17,424 bases of DNA from Candidatus Omnitrophota bacterium (GCA_020354945.1 CP070655.1:789494-806917); one strand, 5' to 3'; counted from the first letter of the stretch, positions 8,060 through 16,339 are shown. Numbers and translations are program-made. The notes: generated by a model not told the origin, from the sequence alone.

Positions 8060-9114
8060 TTTATAATCTTTAGAATGTCATTCAAGCTGACAAAAATTGC
8101 CAGCATAATAAGCAAAGTAATTGCTATTTGTGTAATTACCTGTTCGACCTTAGGGCTTAGCGGTTTTCTCCTTAATCTCTCAAGTCCTAAAAATAGAATA
8201 TGTCCTCCGTCCAATACCGGAAAAGGTAGCAGATTAAAAATAGCTATAGCTAAATTTATCTGTGCGGTTATACTAATAAGATATATTATTCCCATTTCTG
8301 CTGCCTTGCCAATAATCGCGGCAATGCCTATAGGCCCTGTTAACGATTTTCTTACCGGCATTCCTCCAGTTATTATATGCCAGAGCGCTTTGTAAGTAAA
8401 GCCTGTTAAAAATATAGTCTTTTTTCCGCCAAGATATAATGCCTTTAATGCATTGGTTCTAACCGTAACAATTTTACCTGCAGAGACTATGCCAAGGCGG
8501 CCTACTTTTATATGCTGGCCAAAAATATTTTTTGCCTCTATCACCTTTGGAATCAATTTTACGCTAACGGGCTCATCATTCCTTAAAACCACGATATCCA
8601 TCTGTCTACCGGAGATATCCTTTGAGACTTCTATTAATAAATCTTCCCAATAATTTACCTTTTCTCCGTCAATAGAAATTATTATATCTTTTTCTTTTAT
8701 CCCGGCTGAATAAGCAGGGAAGTCTTTCATTACTCCTCCTACCTCTGTAGTAATTACAGGAGCGCCCAGAACAAATATCAGAGAGAAAAGCAAAAAGGCC
8801 AGTAGATAATTTGTCAAAGGTCCGGATATAACTATGCCAAATCTTTTAATCGGAGGTTTTGACAAATACTCCCACTCTTTACCTTTTCTTGTTTCGGTCG
8901 GTTCATCACCGGCCATCTTTACATAACCGCCTAATGGAATGGCGCAAACAAAATATTCCGTTTCGCCTTTTTTGAAAGATAAAAGTTTAGGGCCGAACCC
9001 GAGGGAAAATCTTTCAATTCGCACACCCATCCTTTTTGCCATTAAAAAATGGCCTGTTTCATGGATTAAAATCAGAATACTAAAAACTATTAAAATTGAT
9101 AAAAAGGTTATCAT
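8056..9114 (-). CDS. rseP: RIP metalloprotease RseP (single PDZ domain)
   Basis: HETGH zinc motif, FSLGFGP, PLGGYVKMAG, PDZ region, NLLPFPVLDGG. Confidence 0.96.
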   Translation of the reverse strand: MITFLSILIVFSILILIHETGHFLMAKRMGVRIERFSLGFGPKLLSFKKGETEYFVCAIPLGGYVKMAGDEPTETRKGKEWEYLSKPPIKRFGIVISGPLTNYLLAFLLFSLIFVLGAPVITTEVGGVMKDFPAYSAGIKEKDIIISIDGEKVNYWEDLLIEVSKDISGRQMDIVVLRNDEPVSVKLIPKVIEAKNIFGQHIKVGRLGIVSAGKIVTVRTNALKALYLGGKKTIFLTGFTYKALWHIITGGMPVRKSLTGPIGIAAIIGKAAEMGIIYLISITAQINLAIAIFNLLPFPVLDGGHILFLGLERLRRKPLSPKVEQVITQIAITLLIMLAIFVSLNDILKIIK

Positions 9115-10262
9115 GATATTAATGCCTTCGCTTCTTCACGGGCCCATTCATCCGCAGCAAAGATATCGGCAAGAACAGGCTCTGCTATATATCGATGTTT
9201 TAGCAAAACCTTTTCTATTATTTTAGGTATATCCGTAAATTTTATTTTTTTATTAAGATATGCATAAACAGATTCTTCATCAGCGGCACTTAATACTGCA
9301 GGATAGGTGCCGCCTAATTTACATGCAACATTGGCAAGATAAAGGCAAGGAAATTTGTCAAGTTTCGGCCGGTAAAAATTCAACTGTCCTATTCTGTTAA
9401 AATCCAGCGTAGCCAACGCATTAGTTGCCCTTTTAGGAAAAGTGAGAGCATACTGGATAGGCAATTTCATATCAGCAGCGGCCATTTGCGCTAAAATCGT
9501 TCCATCGTTAAATTCAACCATAGAGTGAATTATAGCTTCCGGATGAATGAGCACCTTTATTTTATTTGCAGCAATTTTAAAAAGATGCTTTGCTTCTATT
9601 ACTTCCAAACCTTTGTTCATAAGGGTGGCTGAATCAACGGTTATTTTAGGACCCATATTCCATTTAGGGTGCTTTAAAATAGAAGACATAGAAAGCGTTG
9701 AAAATTTAGCTTTCGGAATATTCCTTAATGGCCCTCCAGAGCCTGTTAAGTATATCCTGTTTAAAGATGCGCCATCATGGCTTTGGCGAAGGCACTGAAA
9801 GATAGCGCTGTGTTCGCTATCCACCGGAATTATAGGCGCCTTATATCTATCAGCCATACGCATAATTATATTACCGGCCATAATCAATGCTTCTTTATTG
9901 GCCAGGCAAATCTTCTTATTTGTTCTTATTGCAGCTAAAAGCGGGGGGAGGGCACCGGCGCCGGATATAGCCATTACCACTATATCGACCCTCATTGACT
10001 CTGCCAGTATCTGAAGGCCTATCGGTGTTTGAAATACTTTTATATTTGAAATGGAAACTCTCTTTTTTAAATCAGATACCTTTTTAGGATTTACAACTGT
10101 TACTGCTTTAGGTTTAAATCGTCTGATTTGCTCGGCTAATAGCTTTGTATTTTCGAAAGTGGAAAGCGCCTCTACCCTAAAATTATCTTTAAGGGACTCC
10201 AAAACTTTTAGTGTATTTATACCGATAGAACCGGTAGAACCTAATATCGCTACTGTTTTCAT
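9111..10262 (-). CDS. dxr: 1-deoxy-D-xylulose-5-phosphate reductoisomerase
   Basis: LGSTGSIG, LANKEAL, PVDSEHSAIFQ, HPKWNMGPKITVDSATLMNKGLE. Confidence 0.98.
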   Translation of the reverse strand: MKTVAILGSTGSIGINTLKVLESLKDNFRVEALSTFENTKLLAEQIRRFKPKAVTVVNPKKVSDLKKRVSISNIKVFQTPIGLQILAESMRVDIVVMAISGAGALPPLLAAIRTNKKICLANKEALIMAGNIIMRMADRYKAPIIPVDSEHSAIFQCLRQSHDGASLNRIYLTGSGGPLRNIPKAKFSTLSMSSILKHPKWNMGPKITVDSATLMNKGLEVIEAKHLFKIAANKIKVLIHPEAIIHSMVEFNDGTILAQMAAADMKLPIQYALTFPKRATNALATLDFNRIGQLNFYRPKLDKFPCLYLANVACKLGGTYPAVLSAADEESVYAYLNKKIKFTDIPKIIEKVLLKHRYIAEPVLADIFAADEWAREEAKALIS

Positions 10263-10271
10263 TGTTTATAG

Positions 10272-10323
10272 TAGGCGTCAGACACTGGGATATGCATTGT
10301 CCATTCCTGGTGTCTTGCACCTA
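10272..10323. repeat. Imperfect intergenic hairpin with two REP-like 13-mers
   Basis: GGCGTCAGACACT (10274-10286) and GGTGTCTTGCACC (10309-10321), both near the palindrome GGTGTC-N-GACACC, flanked by TAGG...CCTA. Confidence 0.55.
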
Positions 10324-10327
10324 AAGT

Positions 10328-11137
10328 TTAACTCAAGAACCTCATGTAGAAATAGAATATAGGAGAAGTAAATAATAGACTGTCTATTAAATCGAGCATT
10401 CCGCCCAAACCGGCGAATGCCGCGCTTGAGTCTTTAACCAGACAATCTCTTTTTATCAGAGATTCCGATAAATCTCCAATCTGACCCAGTATCCCTAACA
10501 AAATTCCTAATATTACTATATGAATAAATTCTATTTGCGGCATTAACCCTGCGCATAAAAAGGCGATTAGGAATGAAGACAAAAATCCGCCTATTGCTCC
10601 CTCAACTGATTTTTTAGGGCTTATTCTTGGAATTAGCTGGTGTGCGCCGAAATGTTTTCCGAAAAAGTATGCCCCGATATCGCCTGATTTGGTCACAATG
10701 AGCAAAAATGCAACCATCATCCGTCCGTCCGGTACTATCAAATCAGAGATTCTTATCTTAACCAAAAAAGAAAAGAACCAACCTATATAAAATATAGCAA
10801 AAATAGTAACGGCTACCCCGCTGGTAGCATTATCCGTTTTGCGCTTGGTAAACTGTAAAAGAAAAACTGCCAAACATATAGTGGTTATTAATAAAAACTC
10901 CCATCCTTCCGTTGGGCGGAATTTAAAATGTGTAGAAACTGCGATAAGGCATCCGACTAAGATGCCAAAATATCTATAGGTCGGTAGATGTTTTTTCTGG
11001 ATTATACTAAAAAATTCAAACATAGCCATTGCTGTGATAAGAGTAACTACTGTTGTAAAACACCATGTAGGCAATAAAAATATGATTGCCCATATAGCCA
11101 AAATCCATATCGATGCTATAAGTATTCGCTGCTTCAT
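10328..11137 (-). CDS. cdsA: Phosphatidate cytidylyltransferase
   Basis: DIGAYFFG, ISPKKSVEG, GDLSESLIKR, KDS, GGMLDLIDS; hydrophobic; lies between uppS and dxr. Confidence 0.96.
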   Translation of the reverse strand: MKQRILIASIWILAIWAIIFLLPTWCFTTVVTLITAMAMFEFFSIIQKKHLPTYRYFGILVGCLIAVSTHFKFRPTEGWEFLLITTICLAVFLLQFTKRKTDNATSGVAVTIFAIFYIGWFFSFLVKIRISDLIVPDGRMMVAFLLIVTKSGDIGAYFFGKHFGAHQLIPRISPKKSVEGAIGGFLSSFLIAFLCAGLMPQIEFIHIVILGILLGILGQIGDLSESLIKRDCLVKDSSAAFAGLGGMLDLIDSLLFTSPIFYFYMRFLS

Positions 11138-11149
11138 TGTCTTTCGAAC

Positions 11150-11881
11150 TTAAATTGTATGCAAATTCGTGTTTTCCCTGCCGCCAAAGCGCCTTTTTCT
11201 GTTTTGATATTCCACTATAGCTTTCTCTAAATCTATTACCTTAAAATCCGGCCACAAAGCTTTGGTTGCTACAAATTCTGTATAGGATATCTGCCATAGC
11301 AAGAAATTGCTCACTCTCAACTCACCGCTAGTCCTTATCAGCAAATCCGGGTCCGGCAAATCTTTTGTATAAAGCTGGTCAGAAAATACAGATTCATTTA
11401 TGTCTTCTGTATTCAATTTTTCAGACTCCACCAGTTTTGTCAACTTCTTACAGGCTGTGATTATCTCTTCCCGGGCACCATAGTTTAAAGCCAGGGTTAA
11501 AATCATTCCGGTATTTTTGGAAGTCTTATTTATCGCCTCTGTCAATTTTTTCCTGACATGTTCCGGAAGGCCCTGGATATCTCCTATTGCATTTAATCTA
11601 ATATTATTATTATTAAGTTTTACAAGTTTCTTATTCAGATATTCATAAAGTAGATTCATAAGCGCCTCTACTTCATCAGCAGGCCTTTTCCAGTTTTCTG
11701 TTGAGAAGCTATACAGGGTTAAAGCCTCTATTCCTAACCTGGCACAATGGGAGGTTATTCTATCAACAGTTCTTGCGCCATAGCGATGGCCTATGACTTT
11801 TGGCAGATGTCGCCTCTTGGCCCATCTGCCGTTGCCATCCATAATAATGGCTATATGTTGCGGAAGATTATCTCTGTCCAT
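11150..11881 (-). CDS. uppS: Undecaprenyl diphosphate synthase (isoprenyl transferase)
   Basis: HIAIIMDGNGRWA, YSFSTENWKRP, ALNYGAREEI, PDLLIRTSGELRVSNFLLWQ, RRFGG. Confidence 0.98.
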   Translation of the reverse strand: MDRDNLPQHIAIIMDGNGRWAKRRHLPKVIGHRYGARTVDRITSHCARLGIEALTLYSFSTENWKRPADEVEALMNLLYEYLNKKLVKLNNNNIRLNAIGDIQGLPEHVRKKLTEAINKTSKNTGMILTLALNYGAREEIITACKKLTKLVESEKLNTEDINESVFSDQLYTKDLPDPDLLIRTSGELRVSNFLLWQISYTEFVATKALWPDFKVIDLEKAIVEYQNRKRRFGGRENTNLHTI

Positions 11882-11883
11882 AT

Positions 11884-11954
11884 AAAAAAAGGAGCGATTT
11901 TGGCCTACCGATATTCGGCGCCAGAGGCGCCTGCCTGCCGGCAGGCAGAGCTCC
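11884..11954 (-). repeat. Composite GC-rich palindromic element ending in a T7 tract (REP-like or terminator-like)
   Basis: Perfect 18-bp palindrome CTGCCTGCCGGCAGGCAG (11931-11948), GGCGCC-AGA-GGCGCC (11917-11931) and CCGA-TAT-TCGG (11908-11918), enclosed by GGAGC/GCTCC and followed on the minus strand by TTTTTTT. Confidence 0.75.
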
Positions 11955-11959
11955 TACAA

Positions 11960-11992
11960 TAACTTATAACTTATAACTTAACTTATAACTTA
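11960..11992. repeat. 7-bp tandem repeat (TAACTTA)n overlapping the ompA/motB stop codon
   Basis: TAACTTA x3, ACTTA, TAACTTA. Confidence 0.92.
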
Positions 11993-12631
11993 CTTTATGT
12001 ACTCCTCGCCGTAAGAAGGCTCCTTAATGCCCATCTTAGTTTTTTCTATCGGCTTTACTATTATCTCTACTCTTCTATTTTTCTGGCGGCCATCTTTACT
12101 ATCATTAGGCGCAACAGGCCTGTACTTGCCGTAACCTGTTGCCGAAAGGTTTTTTGGATCAAGCTTGCCTTTATTTAATATATAGTGCAATACCTCTGTT
12201 GCTCTGGCAGTTGATAATTCCCAATTTGATTTATATCCGGAGTACTTTATTGGCACATTATCGGTATGTCCTTCTATGCCAATTTCATTCCTTGGTGTTT
12301 CGCGTCTTAATATAGGGGCAATTTTATCCAGAATACCCTTTCCTTCAGGGCGTATTTTTGCTTTGCCTGAATCAAACAGAACTTCAGCTACAAGTGTTAT
12401 AACCAGACCTCTCTCTGCCATCTCCAGTTTAACCTGCTTTTCGCCAATCTCTCTTTTTAGTCTTGCCTCAAGCATTGATTTTGTCTCTCGTAATTGCTGG
12501 AGTTGGTCTGTTAGCTCTGCTATTCTGGCTTTGTCGCTGGGCCTGCCTCTGTAGAAGCCCACAGCGCATCCTGTAATAAACACTGATGCTATAAATAATA
12601 TTAAACCTATTTTAAAAATATCCCATTTCAT
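11990..12631 (-). CDS. OmpA/MotB family peptidoglycan-binding lipoprotein
   Basis: Lipobox-like ITG|C22, coiled-coil segment, LFDSGKA, EGHTDNVPI, SNWELSTARA, GYGKYRP, NRRVEI; AGGAGG Shine-Dalgarno upstream. Confidence 0.9.
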   Translation of the reverse strand: MKWDIFKIGLILFIASVFITGCAVGFYRGRPSDKARIAELTDQLQQLRETKSMLEARLKREIGEKQVKLEMAERGLVITLVAEVLFDSGKAKIRPEGKGILDKIAPILRRETPRNEIGIEGHTDNVPIKYSGYKSNWELSTARATEVLHYILNKGKLDPKNLSATGYGKYRPVAPNDSKDGRQKNRRVEIIVKPIEKTKMGIKEPSYGEEYIK

Positions 12632-12656
12632 CGTACACCCTCCTGTTTTTGTGCTA

Positions 12657-12686
12657 ATTATAGCACTTGGTTAATTGGATTGTCAA
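12657..12686 (-). promoter_or_regulatory. Consensus sigma70 promoter with extended -10
   Basis: TTGACA (12686..12681), 18-nt spacer ending TGC, TATAAT (12662..12657). Confidence 0.8.
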
Positions 12687-12695
12687 TCCCATTCG

Positions 12696-13361
12696 CTAGG
12701 CGGGATTTACTATCATTGTTCTATCCCAGTATGCCCTTCCGTCATAGCTAATAAATGAAATACCGATAACTTCCAATGGAGCTATTTCTAACTCATGCAT
12801 CTTTATAACCAGTTTTTGCCAGCTGCCTGGTTCCGGTAAAAATCCCATATACCACGCTTCCATATATTCTACTGTATCAACAAAAACTTCCTCTTCTGCC
12901 TCCCAATAAAGGTCTATACTTTTTCCGCTAATGGTAATAAGTTTTAGCATAATTCCTCTCGGAGGATTATCTGGGTCAAGATAAACAAATTGTTCAATAA
13001 CCGAATCGTCTTTCAATTCAACGGCAACAGCTGTTTTAAAAGAATGGGAATGTAAACCCTTTTTTATTCCATCAGTATGTGAGTTGTCACCGCTGAATTT
13101 AATATCTTGCACCCAAGCCCATTCTCCGGTTTGGGTCACACCTTCCGGGAGACTGTCCTCTATCCATAATATTGTATCCGGAGCTATTGGTGGTTCTGGA
13201 GGAGGGCTTTCTACTGGGGCTCCTTCTGGTTCTATGGTCTCTATAATTTCTTCTGGCGCAACTTGGGGAGTCTCTTCCTGCGCAGTTTCCTCCTGCGCAA
13301 AAGAAATTGTTATTGTACTAAAAATTAAAATTGCCAATACAAAAAATATCTGTTTTCTCAT
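12696..13361 (-). CDS. Secreted hypothetical protein (signal peptide, acidic Pro-rich linker, Trp-rich globular domain)
   Basis: ATG at 13361 overlaps the upstream stop (ATGA). MRKQIFFVLAILIFSTITISFA is signal-peptide-like and followed by an E/P-rich linker. Confidence 0.8.
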   Translation of the reverse strand: MRKQIFFVLAILIFSTITISFAQEETAQEETPQVAPEEIIETIEPEGAPVESPPPEPPIAPDTILWIEDSLPEGVTQTGEWAWVQDIKFSGDNSHTDGIKKGLHSHSFKTAVAVELKDDSVIEQFVYLDPDNPPRGIMLKLITISGKSIDLYWEAEEEVFVDTVEYMEAWYMGFLPEPGSWQKLVIKMHELEIAPLEVIGISFISYDGRAYWDRTMIVNPA

Positions 13362-14980
13362 ATCTGCCACTGTAGCCTCCCTGCAACTGCTTCTGCCACA
13401 TTCGCAAGGTGATCGCCTATCTTCTCAAAATTAGACACCATATCTAAAAAGACAATACCCGAAAGAACAAAGCACTTTCCCTCTCCAAGCCTCTGGATAT
13501 GGTTCTGCCGTAAAATCCCTGTCAATTTGTTTATCTCATCTTCCATATCCAGAGCCACCTGGGCGTCTTCTGTTCTATTACTCTCTAATGCTTTTATAAT
13601 TTTATCGCACATCTTTAAAACCTTATTGTACATATCCTTTAACTCTGCTATAGCTTCATTTGAAAAAGGCAGGGATTGCTCGATTTTTCGCTCTGCCAAT
13701 TCTACCAGATTTTCTGAATGGTCTCCTACGCGTTCGATATCATTTATTGAGTGTAAAAGTGATGGAATTTTGTTTGCCTGCTCTGGTGATAACTGAACCT
13801 GGGTCAATTCCATAAGATAATTAGTAATTGCTTCCTGTAAACTATCGACTGCTCTTTCTTTCCTACCCACACTTGCAAGGGCCCTAACATTAGAATTTAG
13901 GAATCCATCCATAGCATTGGAAACCATACTTTTAGCTAAGTTAGCCATCCGGATTATTTCTTTAGTAGACGCATCTAAAGCTACAAGCGGTGTGTTTATT
14001 AAATGTTTTTCCAGATACTTAGGCCCGAGTTCCACCACTTCTTCTTCTTTGCCCGGCACTATTCTTTTTATGAAATTTGCAAAAAAGGCAGTAAATGGAA
14101 GAAAGAGTGCTGTAATAGCTATATTAAATATGGTATGGGCATTTGCGCACTGCCTTGCAATATCTGTAGATGTAAGCGATACAATCTTTATATAAAACGG
14201 CAGAATAGATAATACTATGAGCGTACCTATGACCTTAAATAATGCATGGCCTATAGCTGTACGTCTTGCAGAAATGTTAGTGTCCATTGAGGCTAACATT
14301 GCAGTAATACATGTGCCTATATTGTCTCCTAAAATAATAGGTATTGCTGAAGATAAATCTAATAAGCCGACAGAGGCTAATGCAATAACCATGCCAATTG
14401 TAGCGCTGGAACTCTGGGCAATAGAAGTAACGAACATCCCTGCTAAAACACCAAGAAGTGGACTTCTACTAAAATTAATAAAGATATTTTTCGCGGCTTC
14501 ACTGTTAGCAAACGGTTTTGCTACAGACATCATTATATTTAGTCCTAAGAAAAGAATGCCAAATCCAAATATAAATAAACCTAAGTTTTTCCAGAATCTC
14601 CTTTTAACAAACATATTTATAAAAAAGCCTAAGCCTATAGCAGGAAGGGCATACTCAGTAAGTTTGAAAGCTACTATTTGAGCAGTAATAGTGGTCCCGA
14701 TATCAGCGCCTAATATTACGCCCAATGCCTGTTTTAAAGTCATAAGGCCCGCATTGACAAAACCAACAAGCATAACTGTAGTAGCGCTGGAAGATTGTAT
14801 TAAACTTGTAACTCCCAAGCCTACCAGCATCCCTTTAAGCGGTGTAGAAGTTAAGGATTTTAAAATACTGCGCAATCTTTCACCTGCAGCACGCTGTAAG
14901 CCTTCTCCCATAAGCCTTATTCCGTAGATAAAAAGGCCTAAACCGCCTATTATCCCGAATATTAAAATTTGTTTTTCCAT
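13358..14980 (-). CDS. Na+/Pi cotransporter family protein with C-terminal PhoU-like domains
   Basis: Two QSSSAT repeats, GADIGTT and GDNIGTC, C-terminal DIERVGDH and NFEKIGDH PhoU-type motifs. Confidence 0.93.
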   Translation of the reverse strand: MEKQILIFGIIGGLGLFIYGIRLMGEGLQRAAGERLRSILKSLTSTPLKGMLVGLGVTSLIQSSSATTVMLVGFVNAGLMTLKQALGVILGADIGTTITAQIVAFKLTEYALPAIGLGFFINMFVKRRFWKNLGLFIFGFGILFLGLNIMMSVAKPFANSEAAKNIFINFSRSPLLGVLAGMFVTSIAQSSSATIGMVIALASVGLLDLSSAIPIILGDNIGTCITAMLASMDTNISARRTAIGHALFKVIGTLIVLSILPFYIKIVSLTSTDIARQCANAHTIFNIAITALFLPFTAFFANFIKRIVPGKEEEVVELGPKYLEKHLINTPLVALDASTKEIIRMANLAKSMVSNAMDGFLNSNVRALASVGRKERAVDSLQEAITNYLMELTQVQLSPEQANKIPSLLHSINDIERVGDHSENLVELAERKIEQSLPFSNEAIAELKDMYNKVLKMCDKIIKALESNRTEDAQVALDMEDEINKLTGILRQNHIQRLGEGKCFVLSGIVFLDMVSNFEKIGDHLANVAEAVAGRLQWQI

Positions 14981-16257
14981 TACATCGACTCTATCGTTTG
15001 TTCCCGCCCAGAGCCAACCGAAACGATGCTTACCTTTGCATTAATAAGCTCAGAGATTCTGGAAAGATACCTTTTTGCATTCTCAGGCAAATCTTTATAG
15101 TTTTTAATGTCTTCGATATTACACATCCATCCTGGAAGCTGTTCATATATCGGTTTTATTTCAGAAAACATTTCAGCGCTTGACGGAAGGGCGTCCAGTT
15201 TCTTGCCCTTATATTCATAACCGGTGCATATCTTCAAATTCTTCAAATTATCCAAAACATCCAATTTCGTAACAGCAACCTCTTTTAAATCATTGAGCAT
15301 CACTGCATATCTTACTAAAACCGCATCGAACCATCCGCATCGGCGAGGCCGTCCTGTTGTTGCTCCGAATTCTTTGCCTTTATTACGCACCTTGCTCATA
15401 AGTTCATCTGAAAATTCAGTAGGAAATGGCCCTTCGCCGACTCTGGTTGTATAGGCCTTAACGACACCAAAAACTCTGTCAATCCTCGACGGAGAAATGC
15501 CGCATCCAATGCAGGCTCCACCTGCAGTGGCATTTGACGAAGTAACGTACGGGTATGTGCCAAAATCTACATCTAAAAAAGTGCCCTGGGCGCCTTCAAA
15601 TAATAATCGCCTATTTTCATTTAACGCTTCGTTTATCATCGATATTGTATCTGTTGCGTATCTTTTTATTCTATCACGATAACCTATATATTCAGCATAT
15701 ACCTCATCAAAAGAAAATCCGCCGAATCCATATACTTTATTTAGGATTTCATTCTTCTCATCTATATTATCTTTCAATTTTATTTTGAATATATCATCGT
15801 TTAAAAGGTCCGATAATCTTATCCCGGAGCGTGCTGCTTTATCTGCATAACAGGGGCCTATGCCCTTTTTGGTAGTGCCTATCTTGCCTCTACCTTTCTT
15901 TTCCTCCTTAAGCTGATCCAATTTCCAATGATATGGAAAGATAATGTGGCAGGATGTGCTAACAAAAAGTCGCCTATCAATATCTATGCCTCTTTTATCT
16001 AAGGCATCTATTTCATCCAGCAAGGCCTTTGGATTTACAACCACACCATTGGCTATAATACATATTTTGCCCTTATGCAAAATGCCTGAGGGTATAAGAT
16101 GCAGGATAAATTCACTTCTATCGATAACAACAGTGTGGCCTGCATTATTGCCTCCCTGGAAGCGAACAATGATATCTGAATCACGAGCAAGTAAATCTAT
16201 TATCTTGCCTTTTCCTTCATCGCCCCACTGCGCACCTACTATAACCGTTGCTGGCAT
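14980..16257 (-). CDS. purA: Adenylosuccinate synthetase
   Basis: GAQWGDEGKGK, RFQGGNNAGHT, GTTKKGIGP, FEGAQG, GTYPYVTSS, GATTGRPRRCGW. Confidence 0.98.
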   Translation of the reverse strand: MPATVIVGAQWGDEGKGKIIDLLARDSDIIVRFQGGNNAGHTVVIDRSEFILHLIPSGILHKGKICIIANGVVVNPKALLDEIDALDKRGIDIDRRLFVSTSCHIIFPYHWKLDQLKEEKKGRGKIGTTKKGIGPCYADKAARSGIRLSDLLNDDIFKIKLKDNIDEKNEILNKVYGFGGFSFDEVYAEYIGYRDRIKRYATDTISMINEALNENRRLLFEGAQGTFLDVDFGTYPYVTSSNATAGGACIGCGISPSRIDRVFGVVKAYTTRVGEGPFPTEFSDELMSKVRNKGKEFGATTGRPRRCGWFDAVLVRYAVMLNDLKEVAVTKLDVLDNLKNLKICTGYEYKGKKLDALPSSAEMFSEIKPIYEQLPGWMCNIEDIKNYKDLPENAKRYLSRISELINAKVSIVSVGSGREQTIESM

Positions 16258-16281
16258 GTTATTCCTTCCATAAATGCTGAC

Positions 16282-16337
16282 TCAGTTTTCAGTCATCAGT
16301 TTTCAATTTTAACTGACAGCTAACTACTGATAACTGA
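16282..16337. repeat. Head-to-head inverted arrays of degenerate 7-bp repeats
   Basis: TCAGTTT TCAGTCA TCAGTTT TCAATTT followed by TAACTGA CAGCTAA CTACTGA TAACTGA. Confidence 0.85.
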
Positions 16338-16339
16338 CT

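Noticed and set aside
12651-12670. Possible CIRCE (HrcA) element because of TAGCAC
   Set aside because: Arm order and spacing do not match TTAGCACTC-N9-GAGTGCTAA.
13362-13370. GTG start (MADMRK...) given in the ORF track for the hypothetical protein
   Set aside because: The ATG at 13361 gives a typical ATGA coupling and a cleaner signal peptide.
426-16273. All plus-strand ORFs in the track (60-157 aa)
   Set aside because: They lie antisense to well-conserved minus-strand genes and show no recognisable motifs; these are shadow ORFs.
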